From positions 270,175 to 334,174 of the forward strand of contig CAWATD010000006.1 in the NCBI GenBank assembly GCA_963784935.1: 64,000 bases of DNA, given 5' to 3'. This document shows positions 43,349-53,361 of the stretch, in pieces; the stretch's first letter is position 1, and the number at the start of each line of letters is the position of its first letter. The notes under the pieces are model-generated. The model was not told the DNA's origin and did not search any database. It worked only from the letters and a program-made list of their open reading frames with translations. A program made the position numbers and the translations under genes. Origin of the DNA: an uncultured Acidobacteriota bacterium (GTDB lineage Bacteria; Acidobacteriota; Thermoanaerobaculia; UBA5066; Gp7-AA6).

Positions 43349-44497
43349 ATGAGTGCCGCCGTTTCCGCCGAGCGCCAGTCGATCGTCCGGACGCTGCGCG
43401 ATTTCTGCGAAGCCGAGATCCGCCCCAACGTGATGCGCTGGGACGAGGCCCAGGAGTTCCCGCGCGAGCTCTTCCGCAAGCTCGGCGGGCTCGGTTTCCT
43501 CGGCGTGCTCTTCCCCGAAAAATACGGTGGGGCACAGCTCTCCTACATGGATTACCAGGCCATCCTCGAAGAAGTTTCCTGCGTGGACCCGTCGGTCGCG
43601 CTGTCCCTTGCGGCGCACAACAGCCTGGGTTCGAACCACATCTACCAGTTCGGCACCGAGGCGCAGCGCCAGAAGTACGTTCCGAAGCTCGCCTCCGGAG
43701 AGTGGCTCGCCGCCTGGGGGCTGACGGAGTCGGAGGCCGGGTCGGATTCGAGCGGCACGAGGACGACCGCCGTCCGCGACGGCGACGCATGGGTCCTGAA
43801 CGGCTCGAAGAACTTCATCACCAACGCCTCGGTCGGACGCGTCGCGGTGTTGATGGCCGTGACCGACCGGGACAAGGGCAACCGGGGCATCTCGGCCTTC
43901 ATCGTGGAGCTCGACAATCCGGGGATCCGGGTCGGCAAGAAGGAAAACAAGCTCGGGATGCGAGCCTCGGACACCTGCACGCTCGTGATGGAGGACTGCC
44001 GGGTTCCCGCCGACCACCTGCTCGGCGCGCTCGGCTCGGGCTGGATGGACTCCATGAAGATCCTCGACGGCGGCCGCATCTCGATCGCGGCCCTCTCGGT
44101 CGGGCTCGCGCGGGGGGCGTACGAGGCGGCGCTGTCCTACTCGCGCCAGCGGCGGCAGTTCGGCCGGCCGATCTGCGAGTTCCAGGCGATCCAGTTCTAC
44201 CTCGCCGAGATGGCGACGGAGATCGATGCGGCGCGGCTCTTGACGGAGCGGGCGGCCGCGGCGAAGGATGCTGGACAGCCGGTCACGAAGCTCTCGGCGC
44301 AGGCCAAGCTCTACGCCTCCGAGATTGCGGTCCGGGCAACCGACCGGGCAATCCAGATCTACGGCGGGTACGGCTTCACCAAGGACTTTCCGGTCGAAAA
44401 GTACTACCGCGACGTCAAGCTCTGCACGATCGGGGAGGGCACGAGCGAGATCCAGAAACTCGTCATCGCAAAGCAGCTCCTCGCGGGCGGCGAATGA
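43349..44497 (+). CDS. acyl-CoA dehydrogenase (short/branched-chain type)
   Basis: 382 aa with ACAD N-, middle and C-domains (GLTESEAGSDSSGTRTTA, catalytic-base region YGGYGFTKDFPVEKYYRDVKLCTIGEGTSEI). Confidence 0.9.
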   Translation: MSAAVSAERQSIVRTLRDFCEAEIRPNVMRWDEAQEFPRELFRKLGGLGFLGVLFPEKYGGAQLSYMDYQAILEEVSCVDPSVALSLAAHNSLGSNHIYQFGTEAQRQKYVPKLASGEWLAAWGLTESEAGSDSSGTRTTAVRDGDAWVLNGSKNFITNASVGRVAVLMAVTDRDKGNRGISAFIVELDNPGIRVGKKENKLGMRASDTCTLVMEDCRVPADHLLGALGSGWMDSMKILDGGRISIAALSVGLARGAYEAALSYSRQRRQFGRPICEFQAIQFYLAEMATEIDAARLLTERAAAAKDAGQPVTKLSAQAKLYASEIAVRATDRAIQIYGGYGFTKDFPVEKYYRDVKLCTIGEGTSEIQKLVIAKQLLAGGE

Positions 44498-45489
44498 CCC
44501 CGGAGCCGGCCACCGGATCCGAGGAGCTCGCCCGGGGAGTCCTCGCCGGGATGGCGCGCCCGATCGGCCGGGCAATCTCGGAGGTCGAGCGCGACTCGGG
44601 AACGGTGCCCGAGATCCTGCGGCGCCTCTTTCCACAGACCGGGCGCGCCCGGATCATCGGCATCACGGGGCCTCCGGGGGCGGGCAAGTCGACCCTCGTG
44701 CAGCGCCTGGCGCAGGCCTACCGCAGGCAGGGCCACCGGGTCGGCATCGTCGCCGTGGACCCGTCCTCGCCGTTTACGGGCGGGGCCATCCTCGGCGACC
44801 GGATCCGCATGGCCGAGATCTACACGGATCCGGGCGTCTTCATCCGCTCGATGGCCACGCGCGGCACCCTCGGGGGCCTCGCCCGCGCGACGAGCGACGC
44901 CGTGGACGTGCTCGACGCCGCCGGCTTCGAGACCATCCTGATCGAGACGGTCGGCGTCGGCCAGGACGAGGTGGACATCGTTCGCGCCGCGGACACGACC
45001 GCGGTCGTGCTCGTGCCGGGGCTCGGCGACGACATCCAGGCCATCAAGGCCGGCATCCTCGAGATCGCCGACGTCTTCATCGTCAACAAGTCCGATCGCG
45101 AAGGTTCGGACCGCCTGGTGGCCGAACTCTCGATGATGCTCGACTTCGCCGGGCATCCGCCGTGGAGGCCGCCGATCGTGAAGACCTCGGCGACGTCGGC
45201 GGCCGGCGTGCCCGAAGCCATCCAGGCACTCGAGGCGCACGGCACGTACCTGAAGGAGTCAGGTGAGGGCCCGAAGCGGCGCGCGGCAAGGGCGCGGGCG
45301 CGCCTTCTGGCGCTCGTCGAGGGGCGTTTCCGCCGGGCCGTGGAGGCGCGGGCGCCTGAGCCGGACGGCCTCGAGCAGGCCGTGCGGGCGGTCGTCGCGC
45401 GCGACGAGGACCCGTACTCCGCGGCCGGGCGGCTTTTCGAGGCGGTCGTGGGCGCGGCGCTCGATGCCGCCGGGAAGACGTCGGCGTGA
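44494..45489 (+). CDS. meaB: methylmalonyl-CoA mutase-associated GTPase MeaB/ArgK
   Basis: Internal ATG of ORF 43702..45489 overlapping the ACAD stop. P-loop (GITGPPGAGKST) and the MeaB switch region. Confidence 0.85.
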   Translation: MTPEPATGSEELARGVLAGMARPIGRAISEVERDSGTVPEILRRLFPQTGRARIIGITGPPGAGKSTLVQRLAQAYRRQGHRVGIVAVDPSSPFTGGAILGDRIRMAEIYTDPGVFIRSMATRGTLGGLARATSDAVDVLDAAGFETILIETVGVGQDEVDIVRAADTTAVVLVPGLGDDIQAIKAGILEIADVFIVNKSDREGSDRLVAELSMMLDFAGHPPWRPPIVKTSATSAAGVPEAIQALEAHGTYLKESGEGPKRRAARARARLLALVEGRFRRAVEARAPEPDGLEQAVRAVVARDEDPYSAAGRLFEAVVGAALDAAGKTSA

Positions 45490-45896
45490 CGGCGTACAAG
45501 ATCGATCACCTCGGCGTGGCGGTCCATTCGATCGACGACGCGCTCGCGGTCTACCGGGCCATGGGCATGGTCGAGGAAAGGCGCGAGGCCGTGCCGACGC
45601 AGGAGGTGGTGGCGGCCTTCCTCCCCGTCGGGGAGAGCCGCATCGAGCTGCTCGAACCGACGTCTCCGGACTCGCCGGTCGCGAAGTTCCTGGCAAAGCG
45701 CGGCGAGGGGATCCATCACGTCTGCTTCGCCGTCCCCGACCTCGATGCGGCCCTCGCCGATCTGGCGGCGAAGGGCTTCCGGCTCATTCACAAGGCCGGC
45801 GTGCCGGGGGCCGGCGGCAAGCGCGTCGCGTTCCTCCATCCGGAGGCGGGACGCGGAGTCCTGATCGAGCTTTCCGAGAAAGCGGGGAAGTCATGA
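45486..45896 (+). CDS. mce: methylmalonyl-CoA epimerase (glyoxalase/VOC family)
   Basis: 136 aa; HLGVAV...GIHHVCFAV; GTG start overlapping the meaB stop. Confidence 0.8.
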   Translation: MTAYKIDHLGVAVHSIDDALAVYRAMGMVEERREAVPTQEVVAAFLPVGESRIELLEPTSPDSPVAKFLAKRGEGIHHVCFAVPDLDAALADLAAKGFRLIHKAGVPGAGGKRVAFLHPEAGRGVLIELSEKAGKS

Positions 45897-46222
45897 AGAG
45901 CGGCGAGTTCGTCCTCGTCCACCTGGTCAACCCGAAGGAGAAGTTCTGGGGAATCCTCAAGGACCGGGATGTCTCCGGGATCACCGTGCGCGGCCTCTCG
46001 CTCGAGGGCTTCGACGACTGGCTGCGCGAGATCGCGCGCCACGACACCGTGACCGTCCTGCCCTCGACCGTCTTCTATCCGCTCCACCGCGTCGAGCGGG
46101 TCTTCCTCGACGAGACCGCCGGCGACTTCGTCTCTCTCTCGGACCGGTTCAAGCGGGCGGTGGGGGAGGATGCGAGGTATTACCTCACGCCGGTACCGGA
46201 TACGCTGGACGGGGGGTCGTGA
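45893..46222 (+). CDS. hypothetical protein (109 aa), translationally coupled to mce
   Basis: Internal ATG of ORF 45263..46222 overlapping the mce stop (ATGA); no recognisable motif. Confidence 0.45.
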   Translation: MKSGEFVLVHLVNPKEKFWGILKDRDVSGITVRGLSLEGFDDWLREIARHDTVTVLPSTVFYPLHRVERVFLDETAGDFVSLSDRFKRAVGEDARYYLTPVPDTLDGGS

Positions 46223-46231
46223 CGCGCGCCG

Positions 46232-46669
46232 TCAGGCGCGCAGGTGATCCGCCTGCCAGTTCTTGATGCGGCGCTTGATTTCCTTCCGGTCGGTGATGTT
46301 CTTGTCCAGCACCTCGCGCACGAGGGCCGGAAGCTCCTCGTCGCCGGCGAAACGCAGGGAGATGAACTGGTCGGGCGTCAGGCCCGGGATCCGGGCCTTG
46401 AGGTCTCCCGGCAAGAGCCCCTCGAGTCGCAACCGCATCTCCAGCCTGATGACGCGGTCTTGCGCGGTGAGCGCGAAGAGCCGCGCGTAGAGCGCGATCC
46501 CGATGAAGGCGAGGGCCATGAGCGTCCCGAGGACCGTCGGCCAGGAAAACGCCTTCACGAGCTGGTACAGCGACCAGGCCAGGTTGACGAGGAGGATCCC
46601 GAGCACTCCGACGTGGTACGGCGGGACGTAGCGGGCGTGATGCTCGAAGGACTGGTTCGGGTTGCTCAT
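46232..46669 (-). CDS. hypothetical membrane protein (145 aa, 2 TM)
   Basis: C-terminal part of ORF 46232..47431 starting at MSNPNQ...; its start overlaps the stop of the upstream gene on the same strand (ATGA). Confidence 0.5.
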   Translation of the reverse strand: MSNPNQSFEHHARYVPPYHVGVLGILLVNLAWSLYQLVKAFSWPTVLGTLMALAFIGIALYARLFALTAQDRVIRLEMRLRLEGLLPGDLKARIPGLTPDQFISLRFAGDEELPALVREVLDKNITDRKEIKRRIKNWQADHLRA

Positions 46670-47385
46670 ATCACCACCTTCTTGACGAAGAAGTCCGCGG
46701 CGGAAATCTGGCCGTTGACGAGCTGGCGGGCCTGCTCGGGCGTCATCTCGAGCGTGCCGCCCGATTCCCCGCCCGAGCTCGTCATGATGATCTGGATGGT
46801 CACGAGGGCTCCACGGCTGCCGGGATCCGACAGGGCGCGGGCCGCGGCGTTCAGTGTATTGAAGACGGCTTCCTCGGTGTTCGTGGTGACGAGCAGCCGC
46901 GTCTGGCCGCGGAAATTCGTCAGCTTGTACTGCGTGATCCCCGCGCCGTCGAAGACCTTGGCGAAGGCGGACTGGAGGTTCGCGTCGACCGCCTGGAACG
47001 AGGGGCCCGCTCCGTCGGCGGCGGGCTTCTCGGCCTGGGATGGCAGGGCCATGCGGGGCTTGTTCTCCCGGATGTAGTCCTGCAGGCGCGGCGCGGCCGG
47101 CGCGTTGGGGGCCGTCGTGGGCTTGCGGCTGTCGGGCGTGTCGATCGCCACGACGTTGCCGAAGTTCTCCTTGTTGTACTGGTCGGATCCCTCGACGTCG
47201 ATCTGGTCGAGCCGGATGGCCGTCACCGTGCCGTTCTCGAGGGTGATGATGGCCTTGTCCCCCTTCACGCTGTACTTCGTCCGGGCAAAAATCAGCGAGC
47301 CGTCCTTCAATTTGACGACGTAGGCGAGCGCGGATGCTGCCGCAAAGACGAGCGCAAGGACCGCCAGGAACAGGCTCTTTCTCAC
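46666..47385 (-). CDS. hypothetical secreted protein (239 aa)
   Basis: 3-prime part of ORF 46666..48363. GTG start with a GGAGAAGGA ribosome-binding site; signal peptide MRKSLFLAVLALVFAAASALA. Confidence 0.55.
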   Translation of the reverse strand: MRKSLFLAVLALVFAAASALAYVVKLKDGSLIFARTKYSVKGDKAIITLENGTVTAIRLDQIDVEGSDQYNKENFGNVVAIDTPDSRKPTTAPNAPAAPRLQDYIRENKPRMALPSQAEKPAADGAGPSFQAVDANLQSAFAKVFDGAGITQYKLTNFRGQTRLLVTTNTEEAVFNTLNAAARALSDPGSRGALVTIQIIMTSSGGESGGTLEMTPEQARQLVNGQISAADFFVKKVVI

Positions 47386-47422
47386 GATCGCAAGTCCTTC
47401 TCCGCCCGCAGCCGGGCGGCGT

Positions 47423-47450
47423 TTGACACAACCCCTTGCACCACTAATGA
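47423..47450 (+). promoter_or_regulatory. candidate sigma-70-type promoter for the DAHP synthase gene
   Basis: Perfect TTGACA (47423-47428), then 16 nt, then TAATGA/TGATAG -10-like sequence; would give a very short leader before the ATG at 47461. Confidence 0.3.
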
Positions 47451-47460
47451 TAGCACCCGC

Positions 47461-48474
47461 ATGCTCATCGTGATGGACGCGGCCGCGACCGCGGAAGAGG
47501 TTCGCCGCGTCGTCAGGGTCATCGAGACGCTGGGCCTCCAGGCGCATCCCATCCCCGGGGCGCAGCGCACGGCCATCGGCATCACGGGCAACAAGGGAAC
47601 GGTCGACCGCGGGGCCTTCGAGAACCTGCCGGGCGTCAGCGAGGTCATTCCGGTTTCGGCTCCCTACAAGCTGGTTTCGCGGGAGGCCAAGCGGGAGAAC
47701 ACGGTCGTCTCGATCGGCGGCGTGCCCGTCGGCGGACAGCGCCTGGCGATGGTCGCCGGGCCGTGCGCGATCGAGTCCGAGGCCCAGGCGCTCGAGATCG
47801 GCCGCCTCGTGAAGGCGGCCGGCGCCACGCTCTATCGCGGCGGGGCCTACAAGCCGCGGACCTCGCCCTACTCCTTCCAGGGCCTCGGGGCCGAGGGGCT
47901 GCGGATCCTTTCTCGCGTGCGAGCCGAGACGGGGCTGCCGACGATCACCGAGGTGCTCGACACCGAGACCGTGGACCTCGTGGCCGAGCACGCCGACTGC
48001 CTGCAGGTGGGAGCGCGCAACATGCAGAACTTTTCGCTCCTGAAGAAGCTCGGCCGCCTCCGAAAGCCCGTGTTGTTGAAGCGCGGCCTTTCGGCGACGC
48101 TCGAGGAGCTGCTGCTCTCGGCCGAGTACCTGCTGGCCGAGGGCAACTACGAGGTCATCCTCTGCGAGCGCGGCGTGCGCACGTTCGTGGATCACACGCG
48201 CAACACGCTCGACCTCTCGTCGATCCCGTACGTCCAGCGGATCTCGCACCTGCCGATTCTCGTGGATCCGTCGCACGGAACGGGCAAGCGCTCGAAGGTC
48301 CTGCCGCTCTCGCGCGCGGCGGTCGCCGTCGGCGCGGACGGCCTGCTGATCGAGGTGCACCACCAGCCCGAGCTCGCGCTGTCCGACGGGCCGCAGGCGA
48401 TCCTGCCCGAGATGTTCGCAGAGCTCGTGAACGCGGTGCGGCTTCTGGCGCCCGTCGTCGGGCGGACGGTGTGA
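47461..48474 (+). CDS. aroF: 3-deoxy-7-phosphoheptulonate (DAHP) synthase, type I-beta with N-terminal regulatory domain
   Basis: 337 aa with KDO8P/DAHP synthase TIM-barrel motifs ([42 protein letters not shown]). Confidence 0.85.
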   Translation: MLIVMDAAATAEEVRRVVRVIETLGLQAHPIPGAQRTAIGITGNKGTVDRGAFENLPGVSEVIPVSAPYKLVSREAKRENTVVSIGGVPVGGQRLAMVAGPCAIESEAQALEIGRLVKAAGATLYRGGAYKPRTSPYSFQGLGAEGLRILSRVRAETGLPTITEVLDTETVDLVAEHADCLQVGARNMQNFSLLKKLGRLRKPVLLKRGLSATLEELLLSAEYLLAEGNYEVILCERGVRTFVDHTRNTLDLSSIPYVQRISHLPILVDPSHGTGKRSKVLPLSRAAVAVGADGLLIEVHHQPELALSDGPQAILPEMFAELVNAVRLLAPVVGRTV

Positions 48475-49562
48475 AGGGGATCCTCGTTCTCGAGGACGGC
48501 ACGGTCTTCCAGGCCGACGCCATCGGCCGGCCCGGCACTTCGTTCGGCGAGATCGTCTTCAACACGGCGATGAGCGGCTACCAGGAAGTGCTGACCGATC
48601 CGTCCTACTCGGGGCAGATCGTGGTGATGACCGCGGCGCACGTCGGCAACTACGGTATCCGCGCCGAAGAAGCCGAGTCCGACCGGGTGCACGTCGCGGG
48701 CTTCATCGCGCGCGATTTCCCGGCGCGGTGGAGTGGCACGGGCGGGGAAGGGAGCCTGGCGGACTACCTCGCCTCGAACGGCGTGACGGGCCTGCACGGC
48801 CTCGACACCCGTTCGCTCGTGCGGCGCATCCGGAGCCAGGGCGCCATGCGTGCCGGCGTGTCGACGGAGATCGCGGACCCGGCACAGCTGCATCGCCGGG
48901 TGCTCGCGTCGCCGGAGATGATCGGGGCTGACCTCGCGCTCACTGTCTCGTCGAAGAAGTCGCGCGTCGAGCCCGGAGGTCGCGGCCGCAAGAAGTTCCG
49001 CGTCGCCGCGGTCGACTACGGGATGAAGCGCAACATCGTGCGGCTGCTCCAGGCGGGCTCCTGCCGCGTGACGATCTTCCCGGCGACGGCGTCCGACGAG
49101 GAGATCCTCGAGAGCAAGCCCGACGGCATCTTTCTCTCCAACGGCCCGGGCGACCCGGCTGCGCTGCCGGGCCCCGTCCGCACGATTCAGAAGCTCGCCT
49201 CGACGGGCAAGCCGATCTTCGGCATCTGCCTCGGCCACCAGCTGCTCGGCCTCGCGTTCGGCGCCAATACGTTCAAGCTGAAGTTCGGGCACAGGGGCGC
49301 CAATCACCCCGTCCAGGACATCCAGGGCGGGCACGTCGTCATCACGTCGCAGAACCACGGCTTTGCGGTCGACGCCTCCGCGCTGCCGGGCGAGCTCGAG
49401 GCGACCCATCGCAACCTGAACGACGGGACGCTCGAGGGCTTCCGCCACCGGACCCTCCCGATCCTCGCCGCGCAGTTCCACCCCGAGGCGGCGCCGGGGC
49501 CGCACGACGCCAACGTCCTGTTCAACGGCTTCCTCGAGGCGATGGCCCGGTCGAAGTCGTGA
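48471..49562 (+). CDS. carA: carbamoyl-phosphate synthase small (glutamine amidotransferase) subunit
   Basis: GTG start inside ORF 47763..49562. CarA N-domain plus class I GATase (GICLGHQLL, catalytic Cys, and the His in ...AAQFHPEA). Confidence 0.9.
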   Translation: MKGILVLEDGTVFQADAIGRPGTSFGEIVFNTAMSGYQEVLTDPSYSGQIVVMTAAHVGNYGIRAEEAESDRVHVAGFIARDFPARWSGTGGEGSLADYLASNGVTGLHGLDTRSLVRRIRSQGAMRAGVSTEIADPAQLHRRVLASPEMIGADLALTVSSKKSRVEPGGRGRKKFRVAAVDYGMKRNIVRLLQAGSCRVTIFPATASDEEILESKPDGIFLSNGPGDPAALPGPVRTIQKLASTGKPIFGICLGHQLLGLAFGANTFKLKFGHRGANHPVQDIQGGHVVITSQNHGFAVDASALPGELEATHRNLNDGTLEGFRHRTLPILAAQFHPEAAPGPHDANVLFNGFLEAMARSKS

Positions 49563-50803
49563 AGTCGCTTGCCCTGCAGGTCGCGGTGCGCTACCTGCGG
49601 TCGCGGCCCTCGCGGCTGATCTCCTCGGTGTCGCTGCTCTCGATCGCCGGCATCGCGCTCGGCGTGGCGGCGCTCGTCGTGGCGATGGGGCTGCTCTCCG
49701 GGTACCGGACCGAGATCCGCGAGAAGCTGATCGGCGCCAACGCCGAGGTCGTCGTCTTTCCGATGATGGCGGGCGGCGACGCGGACCCGACCGCACTCGA
49801 GGGGCGGCTCGCGAAGGTGCCCCGCGTGAAGGCGACCGCGGCCGTGATCTACCAGACCGGCGTGGCCGCGTCGGCCGCGACCCCCGATGGAACGGACGCC
49901 GTGCTGAAGGGGATCGACGCCGCGGCCGAGCGCAAGGTGTCGGCGCTCGACGCGTACATTCCGGACGCCGAGCGCGTGATCACGCGCGGCGCTCCGGGGA
50001 CCCCGGCCTCCGTGGCGATCGGGCGCGAGCTTGCGCGGCGGCTCGACGTGCGCGAGGGCGACGTGATCCTCCTCTCCGTGGCGGACGGCTCGGGCGGCAC
50101 CGCGCGCCTGGCCCCGCGGTCCGGGCGCTTCCGGGTCGGCCGGATCTTCCGCACGAACTTCTCCGAGTACGACTCCGAGTGGATCTTCCTCGACCGCGAG
50201 GAGCTGCGCGGGCTGTCCCGCATGCCCGGCCGGGCCAACGTCGTCGAGGTGCGCCTCGACGCGATCCGTGACACGGAGGGGGCGGTGGCCGCGATCGGCG
50301 CCGCGGCGGGCAACGGCTACTCCGTGTCGGACTGGCGCTCGATGAACGGGGGCCTCTTCTCGGCCCTCGCGATCCAGCAGATGACGCTCTTTCTCGTCAT
50401 CGGGCTGATCGTTGCGGTGTCGACCTTCAACATCGTCGCGACGCTCGTCATGACCGTGCAGGAGAAGAAGCGCGACATCGGGGTGCTCACGGTCCTCGGC
50501 GCCGAGGCGGGCTTCTTCTCGCGGGTCTTCCTCTCGCTCGGCGCGTTCCTCGGCGGGGCGGGGGTCGTCGCCGGCGTCCTGTTCGGGATCCTGATCTGCT
50601 GGGTCACGACCCGCTTCCGGCTGCTGTCCTTTCCGCCGGGTGTCGCGGAAATCTACTTCGTCTCGTACATCCCGTTTCTCGTCCGCGTCAGGGACATCGC
50701 GGCCATCGTGGGATTCGCCGCGGTCGTGATCCTGCTGGCTTCCTGGTGGCCGGCGCACCGGGCGTCGCGGATCGACATCGCGGATGCGCTGCGGTACGAG
50801 TGA
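49559..50803 (+). CDS. LolC/LolE-like lipoprotein-releasing system permease (FtsX/MacB-type ABC permease)
   Basis: 414 aa. N-terminal TM, large periplasmic loop and a C-terminal FtsX 3-TM bundle; GTG start overlapping the carA stop. Confidence 0.7.
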   Translation: MKSLALQVAVRYLRSRPSRLISSVSLLSIAGIALGVAALVVAMGLLSGYRTEIREKLIGANAEVVVFPMMAGGDADPTALEGRLAKVPRVKATAAVIYQTGVAASAATPDGTDAVLKGIDAAAERKVSALDAYIPDAERVITRGAPGTPASVAIGRELARRLDVREGDVILLSVADGSGGTARLAPRSGRFRVGRIFRTNFSEYDSEWIFLDREELRGLSRMPGRANVVEVRLDAIRDTEGAVAAIGAAAGNGYSVSDWRSMNGGLFSALAIQQMTLFLVIGLIVAVSTFNIVATLVMTVQEKKRDIGVLTVLGAEAGFFSRVFLSLGAFLGGAGVVAGVLFGILICWVTTRFRLLSFPPGVAEIYFVSYIPFLVRVRDIAAIVGFAAVVILLASWWPAHRASRIDIADALRYE

Positions 50804-50831
50804 CGGGCCAAGCGCGTGAGCGCCGTCGCCC

Positions 50832-50864
50832 GTCATCCTGAGGCGCGTAGCACCGAAGGATCGC
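50832..50864. repeat. REP-like palindromic intergenic repeat, copy 3 (GTCATCCTGAGGCGCGTAGCACCGAAGGATCGC)
   Basis: Lies between convergent lolE-like and the kinase pseudogene. Confidence 0.6.
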
Positions 50865-50865
50865 T

Positions 50866-53289
50866 TCGAAGCCGAACAGGCGCTACTTCGCGCCCTGCGC
50901 GCGTCCGCCACGAATTCCTTCTGCCGTCGGATCGCCTCGGCGCGGATCGCCGCGAACTCGGGGTCCTTACGGACCGAATCGAAGAGCGACGTTGTTGTCC
51001 ATGGCCGGCACGCAGAGGTAGTTGTCCTCGACGGCCTTGCGCAGCACGCGCAGGGCGGCGGCGCGGGTAGCCGGTCGCGGCCATCCACGACGCGATGTAG
51101 TACTGGTTTTCGGGGTCGCGGACCGCCATCGCATCGCGCTCTCCAGGCGGCGGCCGTCCGATCGCGCTCGGCCGGCGTTCCGGACTTCGAGCATGAGCGG
51201 CATCCACCGGCTCGAATCGCGTGGCGGGAAGCAGGGCGGCCGCGGCCTCGGTCTTGCCTTCGCGCAGGAGGAGGTCGGCGTGGCTGCATCTTCGACCAGC
51301 CCGAGCCGGCGTCGAGACTGAAGTACTCGCGCGCCCGGTCGTGGCTGCCGAAGGTCGGCAAACGAAGTGCCGCACGATCGAACTCCCGGTTGCGCGGATC
51401 GATCGCGCGGGCCGCGTCGCACTCGCGGGCGGCCTCCTCGAGCAGGCCCGCGTACCGCAGGACGTAAGCCAGCGGCGAAGCGGGCGCGGGCAGTCCGCCG
51501 GCCGGCGGCTCACGAGATCTGCGTGCCTTCGGTACGGCCTCCGGCAGGTCGCCCCCTCCGTCTCGAGGACGATCAGGTACTCTGCGGCTTCCGAGAGGTT
51601 GGGATCGAGCGCGAGCGCTCGTTCGATGGCGGCGCGCGACTGCGCATAAGCGATGCCGCTGCCGGATCCGCCCTCGTAGTAGTAGCGATTCCCGAGAGCG
51701 GCCCAGGCCGGCGCGAAATCCGGGTCGAGGCGTCACGGCGCGTTCGAGCATGGCGATTCCTTGCTTGTTCGGTTCGGGGTCGCTCGTGAGGGGCTTGCTG
51801 CGGAGGTAAAGGTCGTAGGCCTCCGCGTTCTTCGGCCGGGTCGCGGCCTCGGTCGCGCCGGCCGCGCCACCGAGGAGCGGGAAGAGCCCCTGTCGCAGTC
51901 GCGATGCGAGATCTGCTCGCGTAGGCCGATCAGGTCGCCCGCCGGCGGCGCTCGAGGTGTCGCGCCAGAGGAGGCGGTTCGACTCGGTGTCGATCATCTC
52001 GAGCGTGACCCGAAGCTGGTCCCCTTCCTTCTGGTAATGGCCCGGTGAGGACGTCGGCGACGTGGAGCTCGCGCCCGGCCGCCTGCGGGTCCACGTCGCC
52101 CTTGGCGTACTTCTGCGTCGTCGCGAAGGGGCGGATCGCGAGCGTGGGGATGTAGGAGAGCGTCGTCGCGATCTCGTCGGGCAGGGCGAGGCGCAGGTAG
52201 TCGGTCGAGGCATCGCCGCCCAGGTTCTGGAAGGGGAGGATCGCGATCGTGGTCTGGCCAGGAGCCGCGGCGGCGCCGGAGCGGCGGTGCGTGGCCCACC
52301 AGCCGAGCGGCGGCCGGCCGCGACGAGCAGCGCCGCGGCGACGCGCCGGCACTTTCCAGGTCCGGGTCGGGCCGGGACGGCTCCGGGCGCGGCCGCCGGC
52401 GGCCTTACCGCTCCGGCCCGACTCCGAGTCGCGCTTCAAGCGCTTCAGGTCCGTCTTCAGCTCCGCCGCGCTCTGGTAGCGCAGGTCGCGGTCCTTCTCG
52501 AGGGCCGTGTTGACGATCCGCTCGAGCTCGGCCGGCAGCTCCGGGTTCAGGCGCACCGGCGAGACCGGCGCCCGGTTCAGGATCGCGTCGAAGATGATGG
52601 CCGACGTGTTCCCGGCGAAGGGCTGTCTGCCGGTCGCCATCTCGTAGAGCACCGCGCCGCAGGAGAAGACGTCGGTCCGGGCGTCGAGCGGCTCGCCCCG
52701 CGCCTGCTCGGGCGACATGTACGCGACGGTGCCGATCGCAGTGCCGGGGCTCGTCAGGTGCTCCTCGGCCATCGCGGTGGGCTGCGCCGTGTTGCCCGCC
52801 GGAGCTCCCGGCCGCCTCGCCGGCCTGCTTGGCCAGGCCGAAGTCGAGGAGCTTCGCCTGCCCGCGCTTCGTGATGAAGATGTTCGCCGGCTTGATGTCC
52901 CGGTGCATGATCCCGCGCGCGTGCGCGGTCTCGAGGGCGTCGGCGATCTGGGTCCCGAGGTCGAGCAGGGCGTCGAGCTTCAGGGCCCCCGGGCCGAGGC
53001 GGTCGCGCAGGGTTTCGCCTTCGAGCAGCTCCATGGCGATGAAGGGCCGCCCCTCGTGCTCGTCCACGTCGTAGATCGTGCAGATGTTCGGGTGCTGGAG
53101 CGACGAGGCCGCGCGGGCCTCGCGCTGAAGCCGCTCGAGGGCCTGCGCGTCCCGGCCCAGCTCCTCCGGAAGGAATTTCAGCGCGACATGGCGGCCGAGC
53201 TTCAGGTCCTCGGCTTCGTAGACGACGCCCATTCCGCCGCCGCCCACTTTCGAGAGGACGCGGTAATGCGAAACTGTTTGTCCGATCAT
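50866..53289 (-). pseudogene. serine/threonine protein kinase (TolB-N-like plus TPR architecture), multiply frameshifted paralog of the gene at 12940..15663
   Basis: Kinase N-terminus ([29 protein letters not shown]...[10 protein letters not shown]...DFGLAK) in ORF 52405..56844. It continues in ORFs 51930..52772 (..[10 protein letters not shown]..), 49304..52213 ([12 protein letters not shown]..., TPR part), then 50967..51422 and 50833..51513. At least 4 frame switches are visible. Confidence 0.7.
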
Positions 53290-53361
53290 CGTTTTTCGAG
53301 CCGTCCGAGCGGCTGGCCGACGGGAGTTTACCGCGTCCGCTCCCGCTATACTCCCGCCCCG

